A stretch of 64,000 nt of DNA from Haplodiscus bocki (Eukaryota). Under the pieces are notes generated by a model. It was not told the DNA's origin. It ran no database searches and worked only from the letters and a program-made list of their open reading frames with translations. Location of the stretch: the NCBI GenBank assembly GCA_965655095.1, contig OZ296659.1, positions 33,294,001 through 33,358,000 of the forward strand, read 5' to 3'. Below, piece after piece: positions 27,101-40,000 of the stretch (position 1 is the stretch's first letter; every line of letters starts with the position of its first letter). The position numbers and the translations under genes were made by a program.

Positions 27101-29822
27101 CTTTGTCGAAGTTTACGAGATTGGCGAAATTCCGTGACTTCTGAACTTGCCGGGATTAACGATAATTCCGATGGTGACAACTTTGTCGAGATTGCCGACG
27201 GTGTCGAAAGTGCCGACATTTCCAGACTGGCCGAAATTACCGAGATTGCCAAAAATGCCGAGATTGCCACTCTTGCCGCGATTGCCGATATCACCGAAGT
27301 TTCTAAAGGTGACAAGAGTGCCGAAGTTGCCAAAAATGACGAAACTGCCGAGAATGCAAGTATTGCCGAAAATGTCCAGACTGGCAAGCTTGCCGAAATT
27401 ACCGAGATAGCCAGTATTGCCGAAATTGTCAGAATTGCCAAAATTCCTGAAATGTCGAGGTTGCCGTTTTTGCCGAGACTGCCGAAAATGCCGAGAAACC
27501 CTGGCTACCGAGATTTTCGAGATTGCCGAACTTGTTGAGACTGCGAAATAGCCAAGATTGTCGCAACTTGCCATATTTCCGAAATTGATGATTTTTCCGA
27601 AGTTGCCGATATTGCCGATATTACGGAAGTTTCCAACGCTATCGATGAATGTTTCCAGATTGCACACTTTTCCAAAATTGCCGAGATTGGCATTATTGCC
27701 AAAAAGGTCAAAAATGTTGAAATTTCCGAAAAAAGCTAGTTTGCCGTTTTTGCCGAGATTGCGAAACTTGCTTAGACTGCCAAAAATGCCAAGGTTGTCG
27801 CAACTTGCCATGTGCTATATCTGCCGAATTTGCCGAGGTTGCCCATATAGCCTAAAATACCAAAGTTTTTAAAAATGCCGAGAGTTTCAAGATTGCCCAC
27901 AATGCCAAATATAACAATAATGCCAACTTTCGCGACTTTGTCAAGAATTCCGATAGTGTTGACATTACTGAGAATCCCAGAGTTGCCGATATTGCAGAGA
28001 TTAACCACGTTGCCGGTTTTGCCGAAGTTGTCAAAAAGGCCGAGATCGTCGAAATTGCCATTGTTGGCATCTTTGTCGAAGTTTACGAGATTGGCGAAAT
28101 TCGGTGACTGCCGATTTTGCCGAGATTGTTGATAATTTCGATGGTGCCAATATTGCCGAGGTTGCCGCCGGTTCCGAAATTGCCGAAATTTCCAGACTGG
28201 TTGATATTACCGAGGTTACCAAGATTTCCCAAATTGGAGAAACTGCCGAGATTGCCGGAACTGCCGAGATTGCCGAAACTGCCGAGATTGCCAAAACTGC
28301 TGAGATTGCCGAATTTGCCGAGATTGCTGAAACTGCCGAGATTACCAATATGGCCGAAAATGAAGAAATTGCTTAAATTGCCGAGATTGCCAAAATGCCG
28401 AGATTGCCGTTGCTGCCGAGATTGCCAACATCACCGAAGTTTCTAAAGTGACACGATTGCCGAAGTTGCCATAATTGGCGAAGTTGCCGAGATTGCAGGT
28501 ATTGCCGAAATTGTCCAGATTGCCGAAATTGCCGAAATTACCGAGACTGTCAGTATTGCTGAACGTGTCAGAATTGCCGAGTTTTCCGGAATTGTCGAGG
28601 AGGAATTGCCAATTTTACCGAGACTGCCGAATATGCCGAGAAAGCCCTAGTTACCGAGATTTTCGAGATTGCCGAACTTGTTGAGACTGCGAAATAGCCA
28701 AGATTGTCGCAACTTGCCATATTTCCGAAATTGATGATTTTTCCGAAGTTGCCGATATTGCCGATATTACGGAAGTTTCCAACGCTATCGATGGATGTTT
28801 CCAGATTGCACACTTTTCCAAAATTGCCGAGATTGGCATTATTGCCAAAAAGGTCAAAAATGTTGAAATTTCCGAAAAAAGCTAGTTTGCCGTTTTTGCC
28901 GAGATTGCGAAACTTGCTTAGACTGCCAAAAATGCCAAGGTTGTCGCAACTTGCCATGTGCTATATCTGCCGAATTTGCCGAGGTTGCCCATATAGCCTA
29001 AAATACCAAAGTTTTTTAAAATGCCGAGAGTTTCAAGATTGCCCATAATGCCAAATATAACAATAATGCCATACTTCGCGACATTGTCAAGAATTCCGAT
29101 AGTGCCGACATTACCGAGAATCCCAGAGTTGCCGATATTGCAGAGATTAACCACGTTGCCGGTTTTGCCGAAGTTGTCAAAAAGGCCGAGATCGTCGAAA
29201 TTGCCATTGTTGGCATCTTTGTCGAAGTTTACGAGATTGGCGAAATTCGGTGACTGCCGATTTTGCCGAGATTGTTGATAATTTCGATGGTGCCTATATT
29301 GCCGAGGTTGCCGCCGGTTCCGAAATTGCCGAAATTTCCAGACTGGTTGATATTACCGAGGTTACCAATATTTCCCAAATTGGAGAAACTGCCGAGATTG
29401 CCGGAACTGCCGAGATTGCCGAAACTGCCGAGATTGCCAAAACTGCTGAGATTGCCGAATTTGCCGAGATTGCTGAAACTGCCGAGATTACCAATATGGC
29501 CGAAAATGAAGAAATTGCTTAAATTGCCGAGATTGCCAAAATGCCGAGATTGCCGTTGCTGCCGAGATTGCCAACATCACCGAAGTTTCTAAAGTGACAC
29601 GATTGCCGAAGTTGCCATAATTGGCGAAGTTGCCGAGATTGCAGGTATTGCCGAAATTGTCCAGATTGCCGAAATTGCCGAAATTACCGAGACTGTCAGT
29701 ATTGCTGAACGTGTCAGAATTGCCGAGTTTTCCGGAATTGTCGAGGAGGAATTGCCAATTTTACCGAGACTGCCGAATATGCCGAGAAAGCCCTAGTTAC
29801 CGAGATTTTCGAGATTGCCGAA
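24150..29822 (+). repeat. Mosaic higher-order cluster with periods 1139, 988 and 1146 bp
   Basis: Diagnostic gtttccaacgctatcgatg near 25502, 26641, 27629 and 28775. ORF offsets 25431/26570/27558/28704, 25748/27875 (2127), 28475/29621 (1146) and 24257/26887 (2630). Confidence 0.9.
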
Positions 29823-32800
29823 ATTGTTGAGTTTGTAAAAACTCAAAAATTGTCGCAACTTGCCATATTTCCGAAACTGCTGACTTTTCTGAAGTTGCCG
29901 AGAATGCCGATATAGCCAAAAAAGCCAAGATTGTTGCAACTTGCCATGTTTCCGAATCTGCTGATTCTGCCGAAGGTGTCGAGATTATTGATATAGCCAA
30001 AAACACCAAGATTGCCGAAAGTGACGAGATTGCCAAGACTCGCAAAATGCCGAATATAACAACAATGCCGCCTTTGGCAACATTGTCAAGGTTTCCGATA
30101 GTGACTAAATCACCGAGAGAGCCAGAGTTGCCGATATTGCAGAGACTAACCAGGTTGCCGTTTTTGCCGAAATTGCCAAAATTCAGAGGTTGCTAAAACA
30201 ACCGAGATTGTCGGAAGTGCCAAGGTTGGCATCTTTGCCGAATTTTACGAGATTGCCGAAACTGCCGAGATTGCCGTTCTTGCCGAGATTTCTGATATTA
30301 GCGAAGTTTCCAAAAATTCCAAGATTGCCGAAATTGCCACAGTTGCCAAAATTGCCGACATTTCCAGCGTTGCCGAGACTGTCAGAGTTGAAGCAATTGT
30401 CGGTGTTGCCGAAACTTCTGAAACTGTCAAAATTTCCGTTTTTGCCGAGGTAGCCGAAAATTCTGAAAAGCCCTGGCTACCGAGATTTCCGACATTGCGG
30501 GACTTGTTGAGATTGCGAAAATGCCAAGATTGTCGCAACTTGCCATGTTTCCGAAATTGCTGATTTTTCCGAAGTTGCCGAGATTGCCGATATTGCTAAA
30601 AAAGCTGAGATTGTCAAGTTTGACAAAAGGGCTGAATATTACAAAAACGCGGAATGTGGCTAGGTTGTCGAGATTGCTGATAGTGCCGACTTTGCCGACA
30701 TTGACAGAACGGCCAACAATGCCGAGATTATCAAGGTTGTCCATATCGGCGATTTTGCCGATATTGTCGAAACTGCCGAGGTTGCCAAACTGTCCGAAAA
30801 TTACAAGGTTGCCTAAGTTGCTGAGTTTGCCGAAAATGCCAAGTAGGCAGCTGTTGCCGAAATCGCCGATTTTACGGATTTTTCCAATAGTGCCAAGATT
30901 GCCGAAAGTGACAAAATTGGCGGAAATGCCGACATTGCTAGTATTGCTGAAAGATTCCAGATTGGGCTATTTTCCGAAATTGCCGAGATTGCCAGTATTG
31001 CCCAAAAGGTCAAAGATGCTGAAAGTTCCAAAAAAGGCTCGTTTGCCGTTCTTGCCGAGATTGCGAAACTTGCTGAGACTGCCAAAAATGCCAAGATTGT
31101 CGCAACTTGCCAAGTTACCGAAAGTGCACATTCTGCGAAGTTGTCGAGATTGCCGATATTACCGAAAAAACCAAGATCGCCGAAAGTGCCGGGAGTTTCA
31201 AGATTGCCCACAATGCCGAACATAACAATAATGCCGCCTTTGGCAACATTGTCAAGGTTTCTGCTAGTGCCGAAAATACCGAGAGAGCCAGAGTTGCCGA
31301 TATTGCAGAGACTAACCAGGGTGCCGTTTTTGACGAAATTGCCAAATTTGCAGAGGTTGCTAAAACAGCCGAGATTGTCGGAAGTGCCAACGTTGGCATC
31401 TTTGCCGAATTTTGCGAGATTGCCAAAACAGCCGAGATTGCCGTTCTTGCCGACATTGCCGATATTAGCGAAGTTTCCAAAACTTCCGAGATTGCCGAAA
31501 TTGCCAAATTTGCAAAAATTAACGACATTTCCAGCATTGCCGAGACTGTCAGAGTTGAAGCAATTGTCGGTGTTGCCGAAATTTCTGAAATTGCCAAAAT
31601 TTTCGTTTTTGCCGAGGTAGCCGAAATGGCTGAGAAAGCCCTGGCTACCGAGATTTCCGACATTGCGGAACTTGTTGAGATTGCAAAAATGCCAAGATTG
31701 TCGCAACTTGTCATATTTCCGAAATTGCTGATTTTTCCGAAGTTGCCGAGATTGCAAGTATTGCCGAAATTGTCCAGACTGCCAAACTTGCCGAAATTAC
31801 CGAGATTGCCAGTACTGCCGAAACTGTCAGAATTGCCGAAGTTTCTGGATTTATCGGGGTTGCCGTTTTTGCCGAGACGGCCGAAAAACCGAGAAAGCCT
31901 TGGTTACCGAGATTTTTGAGATTGCCGAACTCGTTGAGGTTGCGAAAATGCCAAGATTGTCGCAACTTGCCATTTTCCCGAAAAAAAAAGATTTTTCCGA
32001 AGTTGCCGAGATTGCCCATTTAACCAAAAAAAAGCCGAGATTGTCAAGTTTGACAAAAAGGCTGAATATTACAATAATGCGGAATTTGGCTAGGCTGTCG
32101 AGATTGCTGATGGTGCCGAAGTTGCCGACATTGACAGAACGGCCGCTAATGCCGAGATTACCAAGGTTGTTCTTATCGGTGAAATTGCCGATGTTGTCGA
32201 AACTGCCGAGATTGACAAATATGTTGAGATTGCCGTTCTTGTCGAGATTGCCGACATCACCGAAGTTTGTAAACGTGACAAGATTGCCAAAGTTGCAAAA
32301 TTGATGAAATTGCCCAGATTGCAGGTATGGCCGAAATTGTCCAGACTGCCGAACTTGCCGAAATTACCGAGATTGTCAGTATTGCCGAAACTGTCAGATA
32401 TGCCGAAGTTTCCGGAATTATCGAGCTGGCCAATTTGACCGAGACTGCCGAAAATGCCGAGAAAGCCCTAGTTACCGAGATTTTTGAGATTGCCGAACTT
32501 GTTGAGACTGCGAAATAGCCAAGATTGTCGCAACTTGCCATATTTCCGAAATTGATGATTTTTCCGAAGTTGCCGAGATTGCCGATATAGTCAAAAAAGC
32601 CGAGATTGTCAAGTTTGACAAAAAGGCTGAATATTACAATAATGCGGATTGTGGCTAGGTTGTCGAGATTGTTGATAGTGCCGACTTCGCCGACATTGAC
32701 AGAACGGCCGATAATGCCGATTTTATCCAAGATTGTCCATATCTGCGAACTTGGCGATATTGTCAAAACTGCCGAGGTTGCCAAAATGTTCGAAAAATAC

Positions 32801-35800
32801 AAGGTTGCCTAAGTTGCTGAGTTTGTCGAAAATGCCAGGTAGGCCGCTGTTGCCGAAATTGCCGATATTACGGAAGTTTCCAAAAGTGCCAAGATTGCCG
32901 GAAATGCCAAAATTGGCGGAATTGCTGACGTTGCTAGTAGGCTAGTATTGCTGAAAGTTTCCAGATTGCCCAATTTTCCGAAACTGCCGAGATTGCCAGT
33001 ATTGCCAAAAACGTCAAAAATGCTGGAAGTGCCGAAAAAGGCTCGTTTGCCGTTCTTGCCGAGATTGCGAAACTCGCTGAGACTGCCAAAAATGCCAAAG
33101 ATTGTCGCAACTTGCCATGTTGCCGAATGTGCTGTATCTGTCGAAATTGTCGAGAATGCCGATATAGCCTAAAATACCAAGAATTCCGGAAATGCCGAGA
33201 GTGTCAAGATTGCCCACCATGCCAGATAAAACAATATTGCCGACTTTCGCGACTTTGTCAAGGTTTCCGATAGTGCCGACATCACCGAGAATCCCAAAGT
33301 TGCCGAAATTGCAGAGATTAACCTAGTTGCCGGTTTTGCCGGAGTTGCCAAAATTGCAGAGGTTGCCAAAAGTGCCAAGAGTGTCAAGATTGCCCACAAT
33401 GCCAAATATAACAAAAATACCGACTTGGCAACATTGTCAAGATTTCCGATAGTGCCGAATATACCGAGAATGCCAGAGTTGCCGATATTGCAGAGATTGT
33501 CAATATTTCCGGAAATGACGAAGTTGTCTACATTGACGAGATTGTCAAAAAGCCCAGATTGCCGTTTTTGCCGAGACTGCCGACTGTACCGAAGTATCCA
33601 AATGTGACAAGATTACTGAAACTGCCAAAATTGGCGAAACTGCCGAGGTTGCAAGTATTGTCGAAAATGTCGAGACTGCCAAACTTGCCGAAATTAACGA
33701 GATTGCCAGTAGTGCCGAAATTGTCAGAATTGCCGAAATTCTCAGAATTGCCGAACTTTCCGAAATTGTCGAGGTTGTCGTTTTTTGCCGAGACTGCCGA
33801 AAATGCCGAGAAAGCCTTGGCTACCGAGACTTTCGAGGTTGCCGAACTTGTTGAGATTGCGAAAGTCCCAATTTTGTCGCAATTTGCCATATTGCCTAAT
33901 CTGCTGATTCCGCCGAAGTTGTCGAGTTTGCTGATAAAGCCAAATAAACCAAGATTGCCGAAAGTGCCGAGAGTATCAAGATTGCCCACAATGCCACATA
34001 TAACAATAATGCCGACTTTGGCAACAATGTCAGGATTTCCGATAGTGCCGAAATTACCGAGAATGCCAGAGTTGCCGATAATGCAGAGATTAACCAGGTT
34101 GCCGGTTTTGCTGAACTTGCCAAAGAGGCAGAGATTGCCAAAACGGACGAGATAACCGTTCTTGCAAAGATTGCCGATATTAGGGAAGTTTCCAAAATCT
34201 CCGAGATTGCCGAAATTGCCGAACTTGCTGAAATTGACGACATTTCCAGTATTGCCGAAATCGTGCGAGTTGCTGACATTTTTGAAATTGTCAAGCTTTC
34301 CCTTTTTGTCGTGACTACCGAAAATGCCGAGAAAGCCCTGGCTACCGAGCTTTTCGAGATTGCCGAACTTGTTGAGATTGCGAAAATGCCAAGCTTGTCG
34401 CAACTTGCCATATTGCCCAATTTGCTGATTCTGCCGAAGTTAACAAGACTGCCGATATTGCTAATTATACCAAGATTGCCGAAAGTGCAGAGAATGTCAA
34501 GTTTGCCCTCAATGCCGAATATAAAAACAATGCCGACTTTGGCAACATTGTCAGGATTTCCAATGGTGCCGACATTACCGAGAAAGCCAGAGTTGCCGAT
34601 TTTGCAGACATTGCCAAAGATGCCGAGATTTTCAGAACTGCCAAGATTGGCATCTTTGCCGAAGTTTACCAGGTTGTCGAAAATGCCGTGACTGCCGAAC
34701 TTGTCGAGATTGTCGATTTTGCCGATATTACCGAATTTGACGAGGTTGCCGAAATTGCCGATATTGCCGATATTGCCGACATTGCTAGAATGGCCGATAG
34801 TACCGAGTTTACCAAGTTTGCCCATACTGGCGAAACTGTCGAAAACGCCGAAACTGCCAAGATTTCCGACTCCACCGTATTTTCCGAGATTTCCGAAACT
34901 TCCGAGATTGCCAACATGTCCAAAATTGACGAGGTAGTCTAAGTTCCTGAGTTTGCTGAAAATGCCGAGGTTGCTAAAAATGTCGACATTTCCGATGTTG
35001 CTATGATTGCCGTTATTACCGAAGTTTCTGAAAGTGCCAAGATTGCCAAAAATTTCAGAATTGCCGAAATCTCCGAAAATGTCGAGGTTGCCAATTTTGC
35101 CGAATTTGCCCAAAATGCGAAGAAATCCCAGGTTACCGAGATTTTCGAAACTGCCGAATTTGTTGAGATTCAGGAAGTGGAAATTTTATCGCAGTTTGCC
35201 ATTTTGCGCAACCTGCTCATTCTGCCGAAGTTGTCGAGATTGCTGATAAAGCCAAAATTTCCGACCTTGCCGAAAGTGCCTAGAGTGTCAAGATTGCCCA
35301 CAATGCCAAATATAACAAAAATGCCGACTTTGGCAACATTGTCAGGATTTCCGATAGTGCCGAAATAACCGAGAATGCCAGAGTTGCCGAAAATGCAGAG
35401 ATTAACCTGGTTGCCGGTTTTGCTGAAGTTGCCAAAATTGCAGAGATTGCCAAAACGGTCAAGATTGTCGGAACTGCCAAGGGTGGCATCTTTGCCGAAG
35501 TTTACGAGATTGCCGAAACTGCCGAGATTGCCGTTCTCTCAGAAATTGCCGATTTTAGGGAAGTTTTCAAAATCTCGGAGATTGCCGAAATTGCCGAACT
35601 TGCCAAAATTGACGACATTTCCAGTATTGCCGAAATTGTCAAAGTTGCCGAAATTATCAGAATTGCCGAAATTTCCGAAATTGTCAGGGTTGCCGTTTTT
35701 GCCGAGACTGCCGAAAATGCCGAGAAAGCCCTCGCTACCGAGATTTTCGAGATTGCCGAAATTCTTGATATTGCGAAATTGCCAAGGTTGTCGCAACTTC

Positions 35801-37019
35801 CCATGCTGCCCAATGTGCTGATTCTGCCGAAATTGTCGAGATTGCTGACAAAGCCAAAATTTCCAACCTTGCCGAAGGTGCCGAAAATGCCAATATCGGC
35901 GGAAATGCTGACATAGCTAGTGTAGTTGAATTTTTTGAGATTGCTGAACTTTCGAAATTTACGAGAATGCCAGTATTGCCGAAATTGTCAGATTTGCCGA
36001 AATTTTCGAAATTGTCGAGGTTGCCGTTTTTGCTGAGAATTGCCAGGTTACCGAGAAAGCCCTGGCTACCGACATTTTCGAGATTGCCGAACTTGTTGAG
36101 AATGCGAAAACGCCAAGATTGTCGCAGCTTGTCATGTTGCCCAATTTGCTGATTCTGCCGAATTTGTCGAGATTGCTGATAGTGCCAAATATACCAAGAT
36201 TGCCGAAAGTGCCGAGAGTGTCAAGTTTGCCCACGATGCCGAATATGAAAATGATGCCGACTTTGGCAACATTGTCAGGATTTACGACGGTGCCGAAATT
36301 ACCGAGAATGCCAGAGTTGCCGAAAATGCAGAAATTAACCAGGTTGCCGGTTTTGCTGAAGTTGCCAAAAATGCAGAGATTGCCAAAACGGCCGAGATTG
36401 TCGGAAATGCCAAGGTTGGCATCTTTGCCGAAGTTTACGAGATTGCCGAAACTGCCAAGACTGCCGTTCTTGCAGAAATTGCCGATATTAGGGAAGTTTG
36501 CAAAATCTCCGAGATTGCCGAAATTGCCAACCTTGCCAAAATTACCGACATTTGCAGCATTGCCGAAACTGTCAAATTTGCCGAAATTTTCAGAATTGCC
36601 GAAATTTTCGAAATTGTCAAGGTTGCCGTTTTTGCCGAGACTGCCGAAAATGCCGAGAAAGCCCTGGCTACCGAGATTTTCGAGATTGCCGAACTTCTTG
36701 AGATTGCGAAAATTCCAAGTTTGTCGCAACTTCCCATGTTGCCCAATGTGCTGATTCTGCCGAAGTTGTCGAGATTGCTGACAAAGCCAAAATTTCCAAC
36801 CTTGCCGAAAGTGCCGAGAGTGTCAAGATTGGCCAAAAAGCCGAATTTAACAAAAATGTCATTTTTGGCGACTTTGTCAAGATTTCCGATAGTGCCGACA
36901 TTATCGAGAATGCCAGAGTTGCCGATATTGCAGAGATTAACCAGGTTGCCGGTTTTTCCGAAGTTGCCAAAAACGCAGAGATTGCCAGAACGGCCGAGAT
37001 TGTCGGAAATGCCAAGGTT

Positions 37020-40000
37020 GGCATCTTTGCCGAAGTTTACCAGATTGCCGAAAATGCCGTGACTGCCCAACTTGCCGAGATTGTCGATTTTGCCATTATT
37101 ACCGAAATTGACGAGATTGTTGATAGTGCCGGTATCGCCGACATTGCCAGAATGGCCGATAGTGCCGAGTTTACCAAGATGGCGCATATTAGCGAAACTG
37201 TCGAAAACGCCGAAACTGCCAAGATTTCCGACTTCACCGTTTTTGCCGAGATTTCCGAAACTTCCAAGATTGCCAGTATGTCCAAAATTGACGAGGTAGC
37301 CTAAGTTCCTGAGATTGCCGAGAAGGCCGAAATTTTCAGAACTGCCAAGGTTGGCATCTTTGCTGAAGTTTAGCAGATTGTCGAAAAAGCCGTGACTGCC
37401 GAACTTGTCGAGATTGTCGATTTTGCCAATATTACTGAATTTGACGAGATTTTCGAAACTGCCGATATTGCCGATATTGCCAGAATGGCCGATAGTGCCG
37501 AGTTTACCAAGATTGCCCAAATTGGCGAAACTGCCGAAAATGCCGAAAGTGCCAATTTTTCCGACTTCACCCTATTTGCCGAGATTGGCGAAACTTCCGA
37601 GTTTGCCAACATTTCCAAAATTGACGAGGTAGCCTAAGTTCGTGAGTTTGTCGAAAATGCCGAGATTGCTAAAAAAGCCGATATTTCCGATGTAGCCATG
37701 ATTGCCGTTATTACCGAAGTTTCTAAAACTGCCAAGATTGCTGAAATTGTCAGAATTGCCGAAATCTCCGAAATTGTCGAGGTTGCCGTGTTTGCCGAAA
37801 ACGCCAAAAGGCCGAAAAAGCCCTGGTTACAGAGACTTTTGAGATTGCCGAACTCGTTGATAATGCGAAAATGCCAAGTTGTCGCAACTTGCCATAATTC
37901 CGTAATTGCTGATTTTTCCGAAGTTGCCGAGGTTGCCGACATAGCCAAAACTGCCAAAATTGTCAAGTTTGGCCGAAAGGCCGATTATTAGAATAATTCC
38001 GAATTTGGCTAGGTTGTCGAGATTGTCGATAGTGTCGATATGGCTGGCATTGCCAGAATGGCCAAAAATTGAGAGTTTATCAAGATTGCCCATATGACGA
38101 ACTTGCCGATACTGCCCAAACTGCCGAGATTGCTAAAAATGCCGATATTTCCAATGTTGCCCTGGTTGTTGGTTTTACCGAAGTTTCTAAAAGTGCCAAG
38201 ATTGCCGAAAAGGCCAAATTTGGCGGAAATGCTGACATAGCTAGTGTAGCCGAAATTTCCGAGAATGCCGAACTTTCCAAATTTCCGAGAATGCCAGTTT
38301 TGCCGAAATTGTCAGAATTGCCGAAATTTCCCAAATTGTCGAGGTTGTCCATCCTGCCAAGAATGCGAAAATTGCCGAGAAAGCCCTGGCTACCAAGATT
38401 TTCGAGTTTGCCAAAATTGTTGAGATTGCGAAAATGCCAAGGTTGTCGCAACTTGCCATTTTGACCAATGTGCTGATTCTACCGAAGTTGTCGAGATTGC
38501 CGATTTTGTCAAATATACCAAGATTGCCGAAAGTGCCGAGAGTGTCAAATTTGTCCACAATGCCGAATATGAAAATAATGCCAACTTTGGCAACATTGTC
38601 AAGATTTCCCCTTGTGCCGAAATTACTGACAGTGGCGGAGTTGGCGATATTGCAGAGATTAACCAGGTTGCCGGTTTTTCCGAAGTTGCCAAAAATGTAG
38701 GGATTGCCAAAAATCCCGAAATTTTCGGAACTGCTAAAGTTGGCATCTTTGCCGAAGTTTACCAGATTGCCGAAAATGCCGTGACTGCCCAACTGGCAAG
38801 ATTGTCGATTTTGCCATTATTACCGAAATTGACGAGATTGTTGATAGTGCCGGTATCGCCGACATTGCCAGAATGGCCGATAGTGCCGAGTTTACCAAGA
38901 TGGCGCATATTAGCGAAACTGTCGAAAACGCCGAAACTGCCAAGATTTCCCACTTCACCGTTTTTGCCGAGATTTCCGAAACTTCCAAGATTGCCAGTAT
39001 GTCCAAAATTGACGAGGTAGCCTAAGTTCCTGAGATTGCCGAGAAGGCCGAAATTTTCAGAACTGCCAAGGTTGGCATCTTTGCTGAAGTTTAGCAGATT
39101 GTCGAAAAAGCCGTGACTGCCGAACTTGTCGAGATTGTCGATTTTGCCAATATTACTGAATTTGACGAGATTTTCGAAACTGCCGATATTGCCGATATTG
39201 CCAGAATGGCCGATAGTGCCGAGTTTACCAAGATTGCCCAAATTGGCGAAACTGCCGAAAATGCCGAAAGTGCCAATTTTTCCGACTTCACCCTATTTGC
39301 CGAGATTGGCGAAACTTCCGAGATTGCCAACATTTCCAAATTTGACGAGGTAGCCTAAGTTCGTGAGTTTGCCGAAAATGCCGAGATTGCTAAAAAAGCT
39401 GATATTTCCGATGTAGCCATGATTGCCGTTATTACCGAAGTTTCTAAAACTGCCAAGATTGCTGAAATTGTCAGAATTGCCGAAATCTCCGAAATTGTCG
39501 AGGTTGCCGTGTTTGTCGAGAACGCCAAAAGGCCGAAAAAGCCCTGGTTACCGAGACTTTTGAGATTGCCGAACTCGTTGATAATGCGAGAATGCCAAGT
39601 TGTCGCAACTTGCCATAATTCCGAAAATGCTGATTTTTCCGAAGTTGCCGATTTTGCCGACATAGCCAAAACTGCCAAAATTGTCAAGTTTGGCCAAAAG
39701 GCCGATTATTAGAATAATTCCGAATTTGGCTAGGTTGTCGAGATTGTCGATAGTGTCGATATGGCTGGCATTGCCAGAATGGCCAAAAATGGAGAGTTTA
39801 TCAAGATTGCCCATATGACGAACTTGCCGATACTGCCCAAACTGCCGAGATTGCTAAAAATGCCGATATTTCTAATGTTGCCCTGGTTGCTGGTTTTACC
39901 GAAGTTTCTAAAAGTGCCAAGATTGCCGAAAAGGCCAAATTTGGCGGAAATGCTGACATAGCTAGTGTAGCCGAAATTTCCGAGAATGCCGAACTTTCCA

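Larger units (their letters stand above)
1..33800 (+). repeat. Satellite subfamily A domain (irregular ~0.55-2 kb spacing of landmarks, ~1.2 kb most common)
   Basis: Recurrent landmarks tgtggctaggttgtcgag, cagaacggccgataatgccgagattacc and gatatagcctaaaatacc. The first (or a close variant) lies near 3376, 4593, 6019, 7223, 8749, 10798, 15684, 16250, 17792, 18359, 19528, 20728, 22538, 23736, 24992, 30657 and 32650. Confidence 0.75.

Noticed and set aside
31981-31996. A9-G-A-T5 run resembling a terminator or poly(A) remnant
   Set aside because: It aligns with the usual gaaattgatgatttttccg monomers and is a local variant with no GC stem.
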